NCBI GenBank assembly: GCA_012295275.1
Contig: CM022676.1
Span: 17,112,001-17,176,000 of the forward strand
Source of the DNA: Chrysomallon squamiferum
Taxonomy: Eukaryota; Animalia; Mollusca
DNA: 64,000 nucleotides
Direction: 5' to 3'
Below are positions 12,986 through 26,931 of this stretch, piece after piece. The notes under the pieces were generated by a model that had not been told where the DNA came from, did not search any database, and saw nothing but the letters and a program-made list of their open reading frames with translations. A program made the translations under genes and the position numbers. Positions within the stretch are counted from its first letter, which is position 1; each line of letters starts with the position of its first letter.

Positions 12986-13410
12986 TAAAGACTCATCGCA
13001 ACTATATACTGTACAGTATCAGTTAATTCATAACATTCAAAGGAAACACTGTAATTTTAGAACATAAAATACTATTCAAACATACGCTATATATTATATT
13101 GTACTGATGAAAACATAATATAAATATAAAACCCCATTTAAAACAAATGTGTATAACGACGTTCTTGTATGAAAAGAAGAATATTTATATCTTTAATTAG
13201 TTATCTTTATTAATAAAATTTCATGATTGAAAATAATCATTTTATGTAATTTCTTTCCCTAAAATTAGGTGTTTTTCAAAGTTTTAACCTGTGTAAGTGT
13301 GTATGTACGTTTATATAAATCTATGTGTGTATGTGTGTACATATGTATAATAAAATAAACAAAATAAGTTGTTTCGAAGTTTTAAGTAAATACGTTAATA
13401 AAGATATATT

Positions 13411-16400
13411 TTAATGTTTTGGTTTCTTATCAGTGAAATCCAAAATTTCATACGGATGCTCTTCAGTTGACTGACTCTGTTGTAGACTGTTACCTACATA
13501 TGAATAATAAGAGATGTATAGACTTTTTCTTTATGTCTCAAAAATAACAAGTCATATAGAAATGCGGAAAAACAGACTAACAAAACCAGATGGTTAAATA
13601 ATAAATAATAAGACATATACAAAATAAAAAAACATAAATGTCACAGATCAACTTGACCAGGCTGTAATTTACAACACGTATAAAGACAGATATTAATACA
13701 TAGTAGTGATAAAATAGTTTGTAATACTGCAAAATATCAATTTATAAACACTCTGTACTTATCAGAGAAATATGCTAAACTATATACTTGCTTATCTCAG
13801 GAGGTAATAAAATAAATATATTAACCAATCATTTAACACAAAATAACTCCAGAGATGTTAGCTCAGTATATAAATGAAAACATTTTATGTCATTAGTTTT
13901 TCATAATATTTTATCCAGCCTTCTGTTTCATTACTTTTTTCTTTCATTACTTCATTTTGTACTTTAATTCTTTCTTTCCTGATTCCCATGCCAGAAGTTT
14001 TAATAGATAATGGACGTAAAGTAAGCCTTCTTAGAGTAAACGTTTAGTAAAAAATTCCACTTACCCGGTTCAAAAGCAACATTCTCGTATACTGAAGACT
14101 GCCGTTGTGAAAAGTTCCTGTGTTTTGAGATATACAACATTTCTAAGTGAATTGACTTTTAAAGTTTAATAATAAAAAGTACAGACAGACTACTCACAAT
14201 TAAAGGTTAACTGATTTATGTGATATACTACTACTACTACTACTACTAATAATAATAATAAACAATAACAACAACAACAGCAATGCTAAAAATAAATAAT
14301 AATAAGAATAATGCAGTTTTAGATTAACAAAGATACATATATGGAAAAGAAAAAAAAGGAAAAAATAAGAAGAAGAATATTAGAAAAAAAGTATACACTC
14401 TATGAAAAAAGAAACGCAAAATGGATGATTTCTTGGACAACTATTGTACATTGACACATATCAATGTACAAACTATGAATATGATGACATTTGGTAATTC
14501 AAACATACAGCTTTTGGTACAGGCGCCACCAAGCAGGTAACACAAAATAGAGGCTATGATCGTGTTTATTAGCCAAAACGTCCCCGCATGCAAACAACGT
14601 TACCAGTTCATGTGCACGTGCGGCACATAAAACTTGAACACGAGGGTAGTAAAAATGCAAGGTTTTCGAATACTTCAGTTCGTTATTTTTGTTCTGACCT
14701 AAGATCAAACAAATGTCACGACTGAGTGAACCGCAAAGAAACAACACAATCGGCCGTAGCCTGGGTGTTCAATGTATTCCATATTGACATTGTTGTTTCG
14801 GTTCCAGCAACACCAAAAACAACACGTGACCGTCCTAGATCAGGTAGACCACGTGTAACAACCAGTGCCCAGGACCGCTACATGCGGATACTTCATCTAA
14901 TTGAAAAAAACACAACGGCAACCTCTACTGTTTCAGCAATACCAGGTATGTGTAGAATATCAGCTCAGACAGTGCGCAATCGTTTACGCGAGGCAGGTAT
15001 TTAAGCCAGCCGTTGTGTAAGAAGTCGTTTTGACTCAACAACATCGTCGACTACGACGTCAGTGGTGTCAAGTGCACAGAGTCTGGCCTCAATTATGATG
15101 GAGAACTGTCTGGTGTAGTGACGAGGCTCGATTTCTGCTTCATCGAGCTGATGAAAGATGTCGAGTTTACAGACGTCGTTCTGAATGTTTTGCTGCAAAC
15201 TGCATACAGGAAGCGAAAATATGTGGTTGTAGTGTAATGGTGTGGGCAGCAATCTCATACACTGGCAGGACCAACCTGGTCCACATCCAAGGCAACTTAA
15301 CGGCCCGGAGATACCGAGATGAAATTTTGCAGCCACATGTCGCTCCAATTATGAATAATGGTAACGCTGTATTCCAGCACGACAATGCGAGACCACATAC
15401 AGCCAGACTCGCAACAGCGTACCTACACAACAATAACAGATGCAGCATCAACCACACAGACAGACTCGTGCTTAGTTAGCATTATTACTACAGACAGAGT
15501 GGGCCACCATTCCACAAGGTGCAATTCGTAATGTCATTACTGCCATGGGAAGTAGATGTCAGGCAGTTGTGGACTCCCATTGTGGGCACACAAGGTATTA
15601 ATATTATACTTTTATAACCTTGAACTTTAACATGTTCAATATAATACCATCAATATTAATTGATTGCGAAAGTGTGTGTAAAATGTGAACATTATGCTGC
15701 TTTCTGTTGATCCATTAAATAGATATTCCCAATGTCAATAACATTTCCTTTTGCGTTTCTTTTTTGCATTCACATACATAAAGCAAACTTCATCAGATAA
15801 TTAACAAAAACAGCTCGCATGCATCTGCATTATTTATATGAGTAGCGTTACATGAAATAAATGTAATCAATCGTTCTTCACGATGACTACCAAACTGACA
15901 GAGTTTATTTTATTATTTCTTGCATAGTTGAATTTTTCCATGTTAAAATAGGAGAAGGAGACATCAAATACACATCGCATACATACAGAAATAGCACACA
16001 CGTAACACAAAGATATGAACGTATGCATACATATCATATAGAGACATATACGCATCATGCACAGATATATTCACACATAAACACATGACACACAGATATG
16101 CATGCACGTGCATATATAGCTCAGAGGTACACATATACTCACACATCGCAAACTGACAGGGACTAACATGCAACACAAACAGATATACACCTGCCCCGTC
16201 ACAGACAGACACGTACGTGTATCACACACAGACATACAGACATAAATATGTGGGACATCAATCGGGAATTGCTTACGTTTTGATTCATTGGTTATAGAAC
16301 CTCTGAACTGTGGACGTTATTTAATATTAAAGGTTTCATTTCAACACAGAAATAACGGCTTGAAACGATAAACCTTTGAAGTTAGAATATACTCGTACGT

Positions 16401-16550
16401 TTATAAGCAATGCAATCGACAATCAGTGTTGTGAATGAAAACATACACATGCATCAATACATATACTTTTAGAACAGTAATAAACTCAGTTAATATATAC
16501 TGTTAGTTGGTATTACCTTATTTCATATACATGTTCATCTTTTGCATTTC
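13411..16550 (-). CDS. Three cytoplasmic-tail exons of copy B (34, 53 and 83 nt)
   Basis: 16517-16550 RNAKDEHVYEIR; 14065-14117 NFSQRQSSVYENVAFEP; 13411-13493 GNSLQQSQSTEEHPYEILDFTDKKPKH*. Phases are consistent and exon lengths are the same in copy D. Confidence 0.8.
14396..15774 (+). mobile_element. Decayed Tc1/mariner DNA transposon in an intron of copy B
   Basis: Inverted terminal core aaaaaagaaacgcaaaa / ttttgcgtttctttttt with TA flanks. Transposase relic 14713-15601: MSRLSEPQR..DRPRSGRPRVTTSAQDRY..ISAQTVRNRLREAG..MVWAAIS..FQHDNARPHTAR..GHTRY*, with frameshifts and loss of the DLNPIE segment. Confidence 0.9.
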
Positions 16551-16698
16551 CTGCAAACAAACAAAAATAAATACAAATTACAGGCACTAAAATAACAAAC
16601 AAACAAGGAAAAAATAATATGAGGTGTCCTGGCAAAAAGTATCTCAACATTTGTTATATTAACTAATGGTGTTCGATCAAAACTACTTTTATTTTATT

Positions 16699-16764
<66 letters not shown>

Positions 16765-16936
16765 GTCATGGTAATTTAATTTTGTTACAAGGAGTATTCG
16801 TATTTATCTCAACTTGTTTAAGTATAACATATTTCCCGATCTATCTCTTTCACAAACTCATAGACGTAGAGGAAGATGCACTACGACACACGTTTGCACT
16901 TTGAAACTTAAACAAAAAGAAAAAAACAGTACGAAC

Positions 16937-17050
16937 TTTTTTTCAGTCTACGGTATATGAAGACAGTTGCGACAACAAGAAGAGTTAACACGAGGATCCC
17001 TGATCCAGATCCAACAGCGACTGGTATCACATTTTCAGTAGACACGTCAT
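16937..17050 (-). CDS. Transmembrane exon of copy B (paralogues 180-293, 48524-48637, 52275-52388)
   Basis: 114-nt phase 1-1 exon DDVSTENVIPVAVGSGSGILVLTLLVVATVFIYRRLKK: a hydrophobic span followed by a basic stop-transfer cluster. Length is identical in all four copies. Confidence 0.88.
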
Positions 17051-17756
17051 CTGAAACAACAATTGTTCATTTGAATACACATATGTCATACAAACCAGTA
17101 GTGTTTGACACATGTAACAAAATATAGCCTACAGGTATATGTATTACAATACGGCAAATATATTGAAATAAAGGTTTTAAATAGGGCAGATATAAGTAAG
17201 ATAATAAATGTGAAAGTCTGAAGAAAACAATTCTAAATAAATGATCTGTAAAACAATTAATTAATATTGTTAAGATTCAGGAGATAAAGAAAGGTTTCTA
17301 ATATAAAAATCAGTTAATATTAATGTACAGCTATACTGGAACTGAGTTCTAAAAATCAATAAGTGAAGATACTGAATATATCTTTTCTGTTTATTTACTT
17401 TCATTTATTTATTTATTTGTTTGTTTGTTTGTTTTTACTCTCCAACATAATTTAGAACCTCATTTCTGCTCAATCAGCTCACCAAAGTTCTTAAAGATGC
17501 AACCGTTTCAACTGGAATTGTTTTTTGATTTGATATTCTTAGGAAACTAGAAGTTTCCTAAAGAATTTTAAATATCAGTCTGAAAACAATGTAATATTTT
17601 AAAAATAATGATTGGATAAGTACTGGAAAAGAACTAGTCAAAGACTATTCAAGTACCGAAAGATCATCATTATTGATCATAAGATCATTTACATCCAACA
17701 TCACCTGTACAATTTGTTTTCAAACCTTATAGTAAAGAAAACAGCAAGATATATAA

Positions 17757-17823
<67 letters not shown>

Positions 17824-17940
17824 TCTCAGATAAATACGAACTACAAATAAATAAAACAATATGATGTGTACATGTAGAGAAAAAAAAAAAAACAAGAAAC
17901 AGAATATTAAAATGTATGCTATCATTAGTGACATAGGTAC

Positions 17941-18240
17941 CTGTCATCAAAATATCTCTAGCATCTGTAAAACCTTTAACTCCGTATTTATTATAAGCCA
18001 AAATCCTCACAAGATACATTCTGTCTGATTTCAGAGATGCTATCACTGTTTTATGGATTGTATGTACACCACGTTCTAGAAATTTCTCTGTGACGTTGTT
18101 CCACTGTGTTGACGTGTTCTCTCTGTACTGTACTATGAATGTTTGCACGAAGCCGCCGTTATATTCCTCTGTCCAAGACACTGAGATGGAGGAAGAGCTG
18201 ATTCTCTGCAGGCTCACATTGGAAGGAAGGCTGGGTGTAC
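17941..18240 (-). CDS. Fibronectin type III exon of copy B (paralogues 53269-53568 and 50377-50676)
   Basis: Phase 1-1 exon of 300 nt: TPSLPSNVSL...ISVSWTEEYNGGFVQTFIVQYRE...W...LKSDRMYLVRILAYNKYG, matching the FN3 W/Y/L..Y..R..A.N..G signature. Confidence 0.9.
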
Positions 18241-18430
18241 CTTGTAGGAAAAAACACAGTCAGGCTAATTAATGTTGAAAAACATGATCATACTAGAATA
18301 AAAAAGAAAAATATGAGCGCGCGTGAATATATGTGTCTGTATGTCAGTGTCTGTGTAAATGTGTGTATGTGTGTAAGTTGTTATTTCTGTTATTACTGAT
18401 ATTCTAATTTGTGTTAAAAATAACAGTTAC

Positions 18431-18709
18431 ATTTAACAACAAGCTGCACACTTTGACTGACATCAGACTTGATGTTGTTTCCTGCTTCACAAGTGTAAAA
18501 TCCTGTATCCAGACATCCAGCTTCATTCCGGCTGTACTCCACTGACTTGGAGTTGTTCACTTCACGTAGAATGTGTGAGTTGTTTAACAGTTTGATGTGA
18601 GATGCTGGATTACTGTCAACTTCACATCTCAGAGTCATGGGAGTCAGCTCATCAACTGTTATCTTTGTAGATTTCGAGTTTAACGTCAAAGATGTAATAG
18701 AAGTTTGGT
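18431..18709 (-). CDS. Ig domain exon 2 of copy B (paralogue 53759-54037)
   Basis: Phase 1-1 exon of 279 nt: ...MTLRCEVDSNPASHIKL...DTGFYTCEAGNNIKSDVSQSVQLVVK, containing the DxGxYxC motif. Confidence 0.88.
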
Positions 18710-19026
18710 CTGCAATGATAAAAACTATTTACTACATGTAATATCACTAACGTTTGATCTGCAAGTGAAACCAGTCAAACACTAGTAATATAAAGAGCAG
18801 TATCATCTCTCGGTAACTAGTACACAAAGTGTCAGTTGTTTTACTCGAAAAGAAATTCTGTTTGTGTGTATGTTGTGGAAACATAAACATTGTCTGCAAC
18901 ACTTTAACTTTTATTTTCACTTACTAGTAAATTATAATAGACGCAGCAAAAAGGAACTAACGCAAATATTTTCATTATCACTTAATATATTAAATTTATT
19001 TATAAAGAATTGTTTTGGTGTTTTTT

Positions 19027-19502
19027 TAGTGGAAACTCGGGTTACGAACGCCTCGAAGCACGAATATTTCGGATTAAGCTTTCTTTTGACCTCAACATCT
19101 AGTAAAGATAAGAACAGATGCTTACGTCAAAACCGAAGTCAAAGTAAGGATTATAGGCATGCCCTACAGCAAATATGTATCATAAATCGGGGCCTTTAGT
19201 CTTCGATATGCAGTTGCAGTTCAATAGCTTTTGGATTGATATTGTGCGGTCGCATTTTTTAAAAAGCGTTGCTGCTTTTATGTGTATGATTCTTATTATA
19301 CCCCATTATGCGCAAGAAAACAAAACGTGAAAGCTATAATGCTGGTGGTAATTATAAATCTATCACAGTAGAGGTTAAGACGGAAATAACTGCAAAACAT
19401 AAGAGTGCCGTTCATGTGTCCGACATTGCTTCGGTTTATGTAAAATTCGGTTTACGAACTGAGTTCTTGAACGAATTAACTTCGTAACCCGATGTTCCAC
19501 TG
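19027..19502. mobile_element. Non-autonomous Tc1/mariner-pogo-type MITE in the Ig1-Ig2 intron
   Basis: TIRs agtggaaactcgggttacgaa / ttcgtaacccgatgttccactg followed by TA; no coding capacity. Confidence 0.7.
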
Positions 19503-20231
19503 TATGCAGCTAAAACAAAATCAGGCTGAAGTTTTTCATACAAGTACTGACAACACGACAGGTAAACAGTGTCAGCAAATCTACAGCACTATCTAGTCAG
19601 ACACATTTCTCCAGTTCATTTTGAATTATTCTGTCAAAATTGAAAAAAAAATTGCTTTCCACGCTTCAAATACGATTAAAAGAATAATAATTAAAAAATA
19701 AATAAAAAGGAAATGAACTTTAAGAAATAATAATTATAATAAATAAATAAAGTAATAAATAAAAAACACAAAATAATCGTAAAACAGATTTTGTAGGCAA
19801 TTCTCTATTGAAAATTATTAGAATTTCACAACAGGATAAAGACAAAAATGCAATATAATTTAAAATATAATCAAAAAAGATATTATTGTTAGTGAAAACA
19901 TCTTAATATACCTGAAACTACTGGCTTGGAAGTGAATGCGAGAGAAAACTGGTAAATGTTTTTAAACTTTACTCACTAAATGTATCTCATTTTTTTTAAA
20001 AATATTTTGTTGAGTTTTTATTTCAAATGTAGACAGCAATAAAACAGTGATAACTTTGAAGAAACCGCTTAATACAGTATGTTATTTCAAAATATTTTTA
20101 TACCTTATTAACATGCTTTCATTTAACATATTTTGTTGAGATGAATTAAAATGAAAACGGGGATTCGATATTTATGTTAATGATTTTTCGTGGGTTTCTT
20201 TTACATATTATTTTTGTAATCTGGAACTTAC

Positions 20232-20486
20232 AAAGAACTGTCAGCTGGAACTGGTTACTTCCTGAACGTTCAGATATATTTGCTGTACATGTAAATGTTT
20301 GTCCTGTCTGATTTCTGCTGACAGGTCCAACAGTTAACTGAGAGCTGTTGACCAAATACCGATCTTCACTTCTCCACGTGTAGACACAAGATGAGTCACA
20401 ATTAGCAACACATCCTACATTTAGAGTCTCTCCTTCAACAATGTTTCCTGGAACTGAAGGAATGAATGAAACAGAAAGGGCTCCAT
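20232..20486 (-). CDS. Ig domain exon 1 of copy B (paralogue 55558-55812)
   Basis: Phase 1-1 exon of 255 nt: GALSVSFIPSVPGNIVEGETLNVGCVANCDSSCVYTWRSEDRYLVNSSQLTVGPVSRNQTGQTFTCTANISERSGSNQFQLTVL, with the C...W...C Ig pattern. Confidence 0.85.
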
Positions 20487-20952
20487 CTACAAATACATAA
20501 ATAAATAAATAAACAAATAAATAGTATCATTATAACAACAAGTGAAAGGTATGGTATCAGCGTATTAATTTATTACAGTCGGAATAAAAAAAACCCTAAA
20601 CAAACAAAATAATAATTCTTATGGAACGTAAAATTAGAAAACAAACATAATTATTAAATTTGATGTTTGCTGCAGTTTTAATGTATTTGAAGATATTTTT
20701 TAAATAAATGTGATAGATTTTTCATTTGAACCGATGAAATTTCGTACAGCTCTGCTGTATATCCAGACGTTATAAATACAGCAAGAAGAATAAATGGAAA
20801 TACAAATGTGGTTATTAGTATTTGTTTAAGCGACATGGACCTTTAAACTGCAGAAACTATGTATGTCCATATATCAGGAAAATAAAAATAAAATACATTA
20901 ATTAATTAATAAAAACTAAATATAGACATAAGTAAAGAACATCTTGAATCAC

Positions 20953-21022
20953 CAAACGTAATGTATCCAGTTGCTACTAGACATATAACAGATAATGACG
21001 TTGGAGTGTAAGGATTCCCCAT
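20953..21022 (-). other. Orphan signal-peptide-like exon between SRCR4b and Ig1 (paralogue 56277-56346)
   Basis: ATG-initiated 70-nt segment MGNPYTPTSLSVICLVATGYITFG ending in phase 1 at G|gtgatt, in frame with Ig1. It is preceded by a T-rich tract ending GG rather than AG. Confidence 0.55.
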
Positions 21023-21755
21023 CCAAAAATTAAATTAAAGATAGAATGTAAGAAGTTGATTACAAAATTCGAAAATAAGCTGGTGGATGAACAAAGTAAA
21101 ACTACTTTGTGAGAAGCTGATGATTACAAAATTAATTTTTTTCGACAATATGCAACTGTAACTGATAAACAGGTAAATAAAACAAAACAAATAAAATAAA
21201 ATAAAATAAAATTATATAAAATGTCAAATGTAAACTGACAATGACAGCTGATACCAGCATCCTCTGAGTGACTACAGTCTTCTTTTCCCCAGTCAGGAAA
21301 TGAACACTTTTCAACACTGTCTTCATTTCCATCACATCTCAGATCATCAAGCCATATTCGTCCAGTTCCTGCTCCAAAGTGAGCAGCACGATATGATGTA
21401 GCATTAAACCTTAAATAAAATTAATATTAACTGTAAAATAAATAATATGTACAGTAAAATGAATATTATTCAACATGGTTGGCAAAACGCCTTCACAGAT
21501 CTTCTCGTAGTCCTGACGTTTTCAGAAGATATTTGTTACTTTCAACGTGAGTTCAACTATGTTTAATATGTGTGCTTTGCTACCAAAACCATAGTCACAA
21601 TATCGCCAGCGAAATATAATTATTCGAACATGACTTGATTTTATTTCCTATAACGACAAATATCATCATTGCTAGAAATTATTGTTTCTATTACTTTTTG
21701 TTGTACTTGCTGTTGCTGTTGTTTTTCCCCTATTCTTCTCATAGCAATTGTTATG

Positions 21756-21812
<57 letters not shown>

Positions 21813-24224
21813 TTTATTATTATTATAATTATTATTATTAACGATTCTCTCGAAAAGTATTTCAGGTAAACATCATCACTAACTTTCATTGTTAAATAAA
21901 ATCAAATAAATTAAATCTGTATAAAATATTTTCGTGCACAAACTAAGTAAGAAAGTGATTAAGTAAATATGTAAATAAACGAAGCAATTACCGACTAAAT
22001 CCTATCATGTGACATAAAACAGAAGCGTCTTTCTCATCAAAACTATCATCACAGATTGTTCCCCACGTCCCGTTTACTTGAATCTCAACTCGACCTTGTG
22101 TTGGTTTTCCTCCTCCATTCACTAAACGTACTGAAATAATAACAACATGAATGATCTAACAAAATAACAATGGTATGATTTAAAAAAAAAAACATAAGAA
22201 CAAAAAAAACAAACATGTATAAACTTACATATGATTTTTCCCCTGTAAAGAAAAATTATGTTAGACATATTGGTAATTAAAAGTACAGTTGAGTAAGATA
22301 AAGCATGTCGCTCTATCTCTAGTATTGCTATAAATATCGGCAATCAGTGTTTCTAATATTAATGTACTCAAAGATTGAAATATATACAGATACACCCGTG
22401 CACAGACATAGGACTTTTTAACTGTTAAGTAGTTCTCTCCTTGTTTTACAATAGCTGTGGTCAATAGTATGAGATAATTCAACATTATTTTGGCATAATA
22501 AATGAAATTGTGAAATAAATAATAAGTTCTGCAATACAGGCGTTTTGTGAAAATAGCTCTATTCCAAAATTATAATAATAAGTTTAAAGATAGAACATTT
22601 AATTCAGAGGCCGCCAGTACAATCCCTTTCAAAAGCTCATGTGAAGAAACTGATTTTGTGATAACAGACCAAACAACACGTAATGCTGGTGTCAACGATA
22701 CTGTGGATGAAAAGCAGAACTCTGGTCATTGATCTTTACTTTTTTCTGTAATGTACCATTCGTGCTTAACAGAGTTCCACTAGACAATGGTCTGAATATC
22801 AGAATGCTGGTTGTCACACAAACATGTATCAGTAACATCAAACGTAAAAGAACGAGCTATTCACAGCATTATCAAGCCGAGAAACCAAAATACTGACACA
22901 TAAAGGCTGGAATAAGTCATTCGAAACTGATGCTTACGTTTCTCCTAAATATACTAAGTCTGCTCGTCTAAAGGATAAACAATGCAATCGAGTGACACTG
23001 ACATTACTCACTGCTCTATTTCATCTTGATTATGTTTACTCATTAATACACGAAAATTCGAACACGGCATTAAACAGTTGGCCTATATTATGTGACGTAT
23101 TCCATATCCTGATTTCATCAGGATACTAGAAAGTTACTAATCTTCATTTAGTTTAGAATTTTATGCTACTGATTCAATTTCGAGAACTTTCAGATTACAT
23201 ACAAACTGAGACAAGAAAGACGCCAATGGATGTTTATAAGCTGTTGTTTAAATTCATATCACTATAAACATTTCAATAAGCTAGATACGATAATGTATCT
23301 GTGAAGTCATTTATCGAAACTGATACAGAGATGCTAATGCATATTCATGTGTATAAACCTTCAAACAAAGACACAACAAAAAAAAAGAAAAAACAGTAAA
23401 AGAAAAAATCCGTTGTTTATCGCAGCATAAAACAAGATAATAAAAGTATTTTGTAACCGGTCAGCTAACTAAAACCCACTGTGCATATTGTCTCATCATT
23501 TTCAGATATAACTGTTTCACAGTTAAAAGGGTGCCCACTGAGACACCGAATATGCTAAAACTATAGCGACTGTTCGTTCATTCTAAACAGGAACTGACAA
23601 CAAATACAAATGTTTTATTATATATCGCGGGAAAATAGTTAACAAAAGTAAAGGCAGACATATATTAAATACTTTAAGATGTATGTGCTATTCGTCCATG
23701 CTAAACAAATAATTACGACTTATACTTGTGAAATACAGACTGATGCGAACCTTAAATATTTTGTCATATTTGGAGGGGAAAATTGTGTTTCGTACTTTGC
23801 GGTTTCGAATGATTCTAAATATATACAAGCATTGTAAATTAATGTTAATAGTGTTGCAGCTTTTTTTTTTTCTTATTTTATGCTACAATTGTATAAAGCT
23901 CTTTTCGTTTTCTATCTATATCAATGTTCGTGAAATGGTGCTCAAACGATACTGGCGTAACCTGTATAGGAAATGAATGTGTTTTTTTTTTTGTGTAGGT
24001 CAGATACTATCATTCTGTCACTGTTAAATAAGATACAGTGAAGCATACCCGGGTGTTACTTATGCTTGTTACCTAACGATGAAGCAGGTGGTATTCGACT
24101 TTTAGCGGGCTACTTCGTCTGGTACAGACTGATCCTTTAGTAAATACTATCGACACGTAAAAATAGTCAATGGACGTGTTTTCTTAATTAAATAAATAAT
24201 ACCGACATAATAAAAATAATAAAA

Positions 24225-24281
<57 letters not shown>

Positions 24282-24852
24282 GTAGTAGTAGTAATAATAA
24301 TAATAATAATTATATTAATAATAAAATGATGTATCACTGTTTAAAGAACTGATAAGGAGCGCTTTCAAATCGGACCTATAGAATAACCATTTGTATGCAC
24401 ATATATTAGTAAAACAAAATTTACACAACAATCAAACCCTTCATATTGTCTTATTATGATATGAAAGAGAACCTCATCACACATGGATAACACATCAATT
24501 AAAATAACAGAAACAACAGTCTGATTAACATAAACCTTCAGATTATTTGTTCAGATCTCCTAGATTGGTCACTTATAGTCTGTTCACCAAATGTTTTGTT
24601 ATATTTAATTTTACTAATTCTATATGTCTCTACTTACAGTGATTCAAACAACTGATTCCCACGTCTTGATTATGACTACAGTTGTTCTCACCCCAAGTAG
24701 AGTATTAACAATAGTCTACACTGTCTTCATCTCCCTTACAGTCAAGTCCATCAAGCCAAATAGGTCCACTGCCTTGTCCAAACTGAGATGTTGTATAGAA
24801 TTTTGCTTCGAAACTGAAAACAATGTTAATAATAATAATAATAATAATAGTA

Positions 24853-24902
<50 letters not shown>

Positions 24903-25949
24903 TACAAAATAGAATAATAAGGATTATTGTTCATGTTACTGAGGGACTCCTACTCCTTACATGTAAATATATATATAACGAAGAATCGAAAGCAATAATT
25001 TATAATCCGATCATTTTCTATAAATTTTAGACTACACGTTTTAAAAATAATTTAAAAATACTTAGAATTCACAATTCACATCTGGTTGAATCTGTATTTT
25101 TTCAGCACTAATTTATTAATAGAAAATATAATAATTTTAGGGTTAAAATATTTTCCTACTTTAATCAATGATAATTTAATGGTAATAGATGTATTTACAA
25201 CAAGAAAGTAATGTGTAGTAATATAATTCCCAGTATCAAAAACACACCTAAGAACATATTTATAATAATAATAAAAATAACTGTGTACATGTCGCTGTAT
25301 CGAAACCTGTAACAACATAAAATACATCTTGAAGATTTAACTTACTAGATATAAACAGAAAATATTTAGGAAAATATTCATTTACCGACTAAAGCCCAGC
25401 ATGTGACAGATGACAGCAGCATCTCTATCGTCAAATTCATTATCACAGACAGTTCCCCATGTCCCGTTGTTTTCTACTTCAAGTCTGCCTCGTGTTGCAA
25501 TTCCTCCTCCATTCACCAGTCGAACAGAAACTGAAGTAAATTCAAGAAACCATCAAAACACAAACTATATTTTTTATACAAATATCTTTATACAAATCCA
25601 CCATCCACTGTTTACAAGAACATTTTTCATTTGAAGAAACGACCAAAACACAAACTATTTTCAAAAGTTCAATTGTTTTCTTTAACGGTCCGGTTCCAAA
25701 TTAATGTTCGCTTTATAGATCTACGTAACTAATATTACCAAGCGATATGACTTCAACATCGAGCTACATAATTAGCAATACATTTTTACACAGTCAACTT
25801 TTACTTGTAATATCCAAAAACTAAATATTTGTTCTTGTAACTATGTGAAAAATTAAAATAAAGACAAATACAAAAAAAAGAAAAAAAAGAATAATAATAA
25901 TAATAACAATAATAACAACAACAATAACAATTCAATGAGAGGATGCAAA

Positions 25950-26032
<83 letters not shown>

Positions 26033-26883
26033 GAAAGAGAGAGCCATGTCATGCAGCGTTATTTTATAAATCAAAGAATGTAAAAGGTACAACCGATACT
26101 TTTCACACTAAGTGGTTCTTGCATTTCACATTTATTGATAAATATTTTGTTTTTAAAATAGGACAAAAACAACAACAACAAAACAAACAACATACACTGA
26201 GGAAAGCAGCTTATTCCCAAATCATGTTTATGACTACAGTTCTTTTTTGTACCCGAGTCATAGAAAGAACAGTGATTCATTCCATTTTCATTTTCAACAC
26301 AGTTAACATCATCAACCCATACTGGTCCTGTTCCTTCTCCAAATTGAGCATTCTTATACATCTTCGCGTTGAATCTAGGATTTACAAACAAAAAATAAGA
26401 TGTCTGATCTTGGTTAGTAGAAATACTGACCAACCTGTACTACGCGATTATTCAAATGTTAGTTTATCTCATATGGCGCAAATCGAAACGTGCTCATATT
26501 TTACAGCTGTTTGTAAATTGAAAAGTTTAACTGAAGGTAAAACATTCTTACTGACTGAATCCTAAAAGTGTACAGATAAAGCCTGCGTCTTTGTCGTCAA
26601 ATTTGTCACCACAGACAGTTCCCCATGTATCGTTAAGTTTGATCTCAACTCGACCCTGTGTTGAAATACCTCCACCATTGACTAGCCTGATAGACACTGA
26701 AATCATAAAATAATACTATAAAATTCAAAATTACGTTACAGTTTACAAATGATATATTTTTGCTATACCATGAAGATTGTGGATTTCTTCAAATTTCATT
26801 ACAGGCAAACAGCAGTGGTGGTCGTCTGATGGTTGACACTGCAATCTGAAGGAAGGCTGGTGTTTAAAATTATCAAACAGTAC

Positions 26884-26931
<48 letters not shown>

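Larger units (their letters stand above)
15890..22120 (+). repeat. Near-identical segmental duplicate of 51222-57460
   Basis: Base-for-base match by eye apart from microsatellite lengths and scattered SNPs. Homology continues at visibly lower identity to ~28200 / 64000. Confidence 0.92.

Noticed and set aside
16277-16302. Candidate extra tail micro-exon with conserved gtaagc donor (also 47665-47692)
   Set aside because: It is 26 nt in B/C but 28 nt in D, and either length breaks the frame, while the flanking tail exons already join in phase. At most a decayed exon.
18864-19199. 111-aa ORF conserved in both copies (54192-54527)
   Set aside because: It overlaps an intronic MITE. Conservation only reflects the near-identical duplication.
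23940-24170. Dispersed element shared with ~59410-59620 and, inverted, ~41720-41870; considered as a tRNA or ncRNA
   Set aside because: No cloverleaf or clear A/B boxes. Probably an unclassified interspersed repeat.
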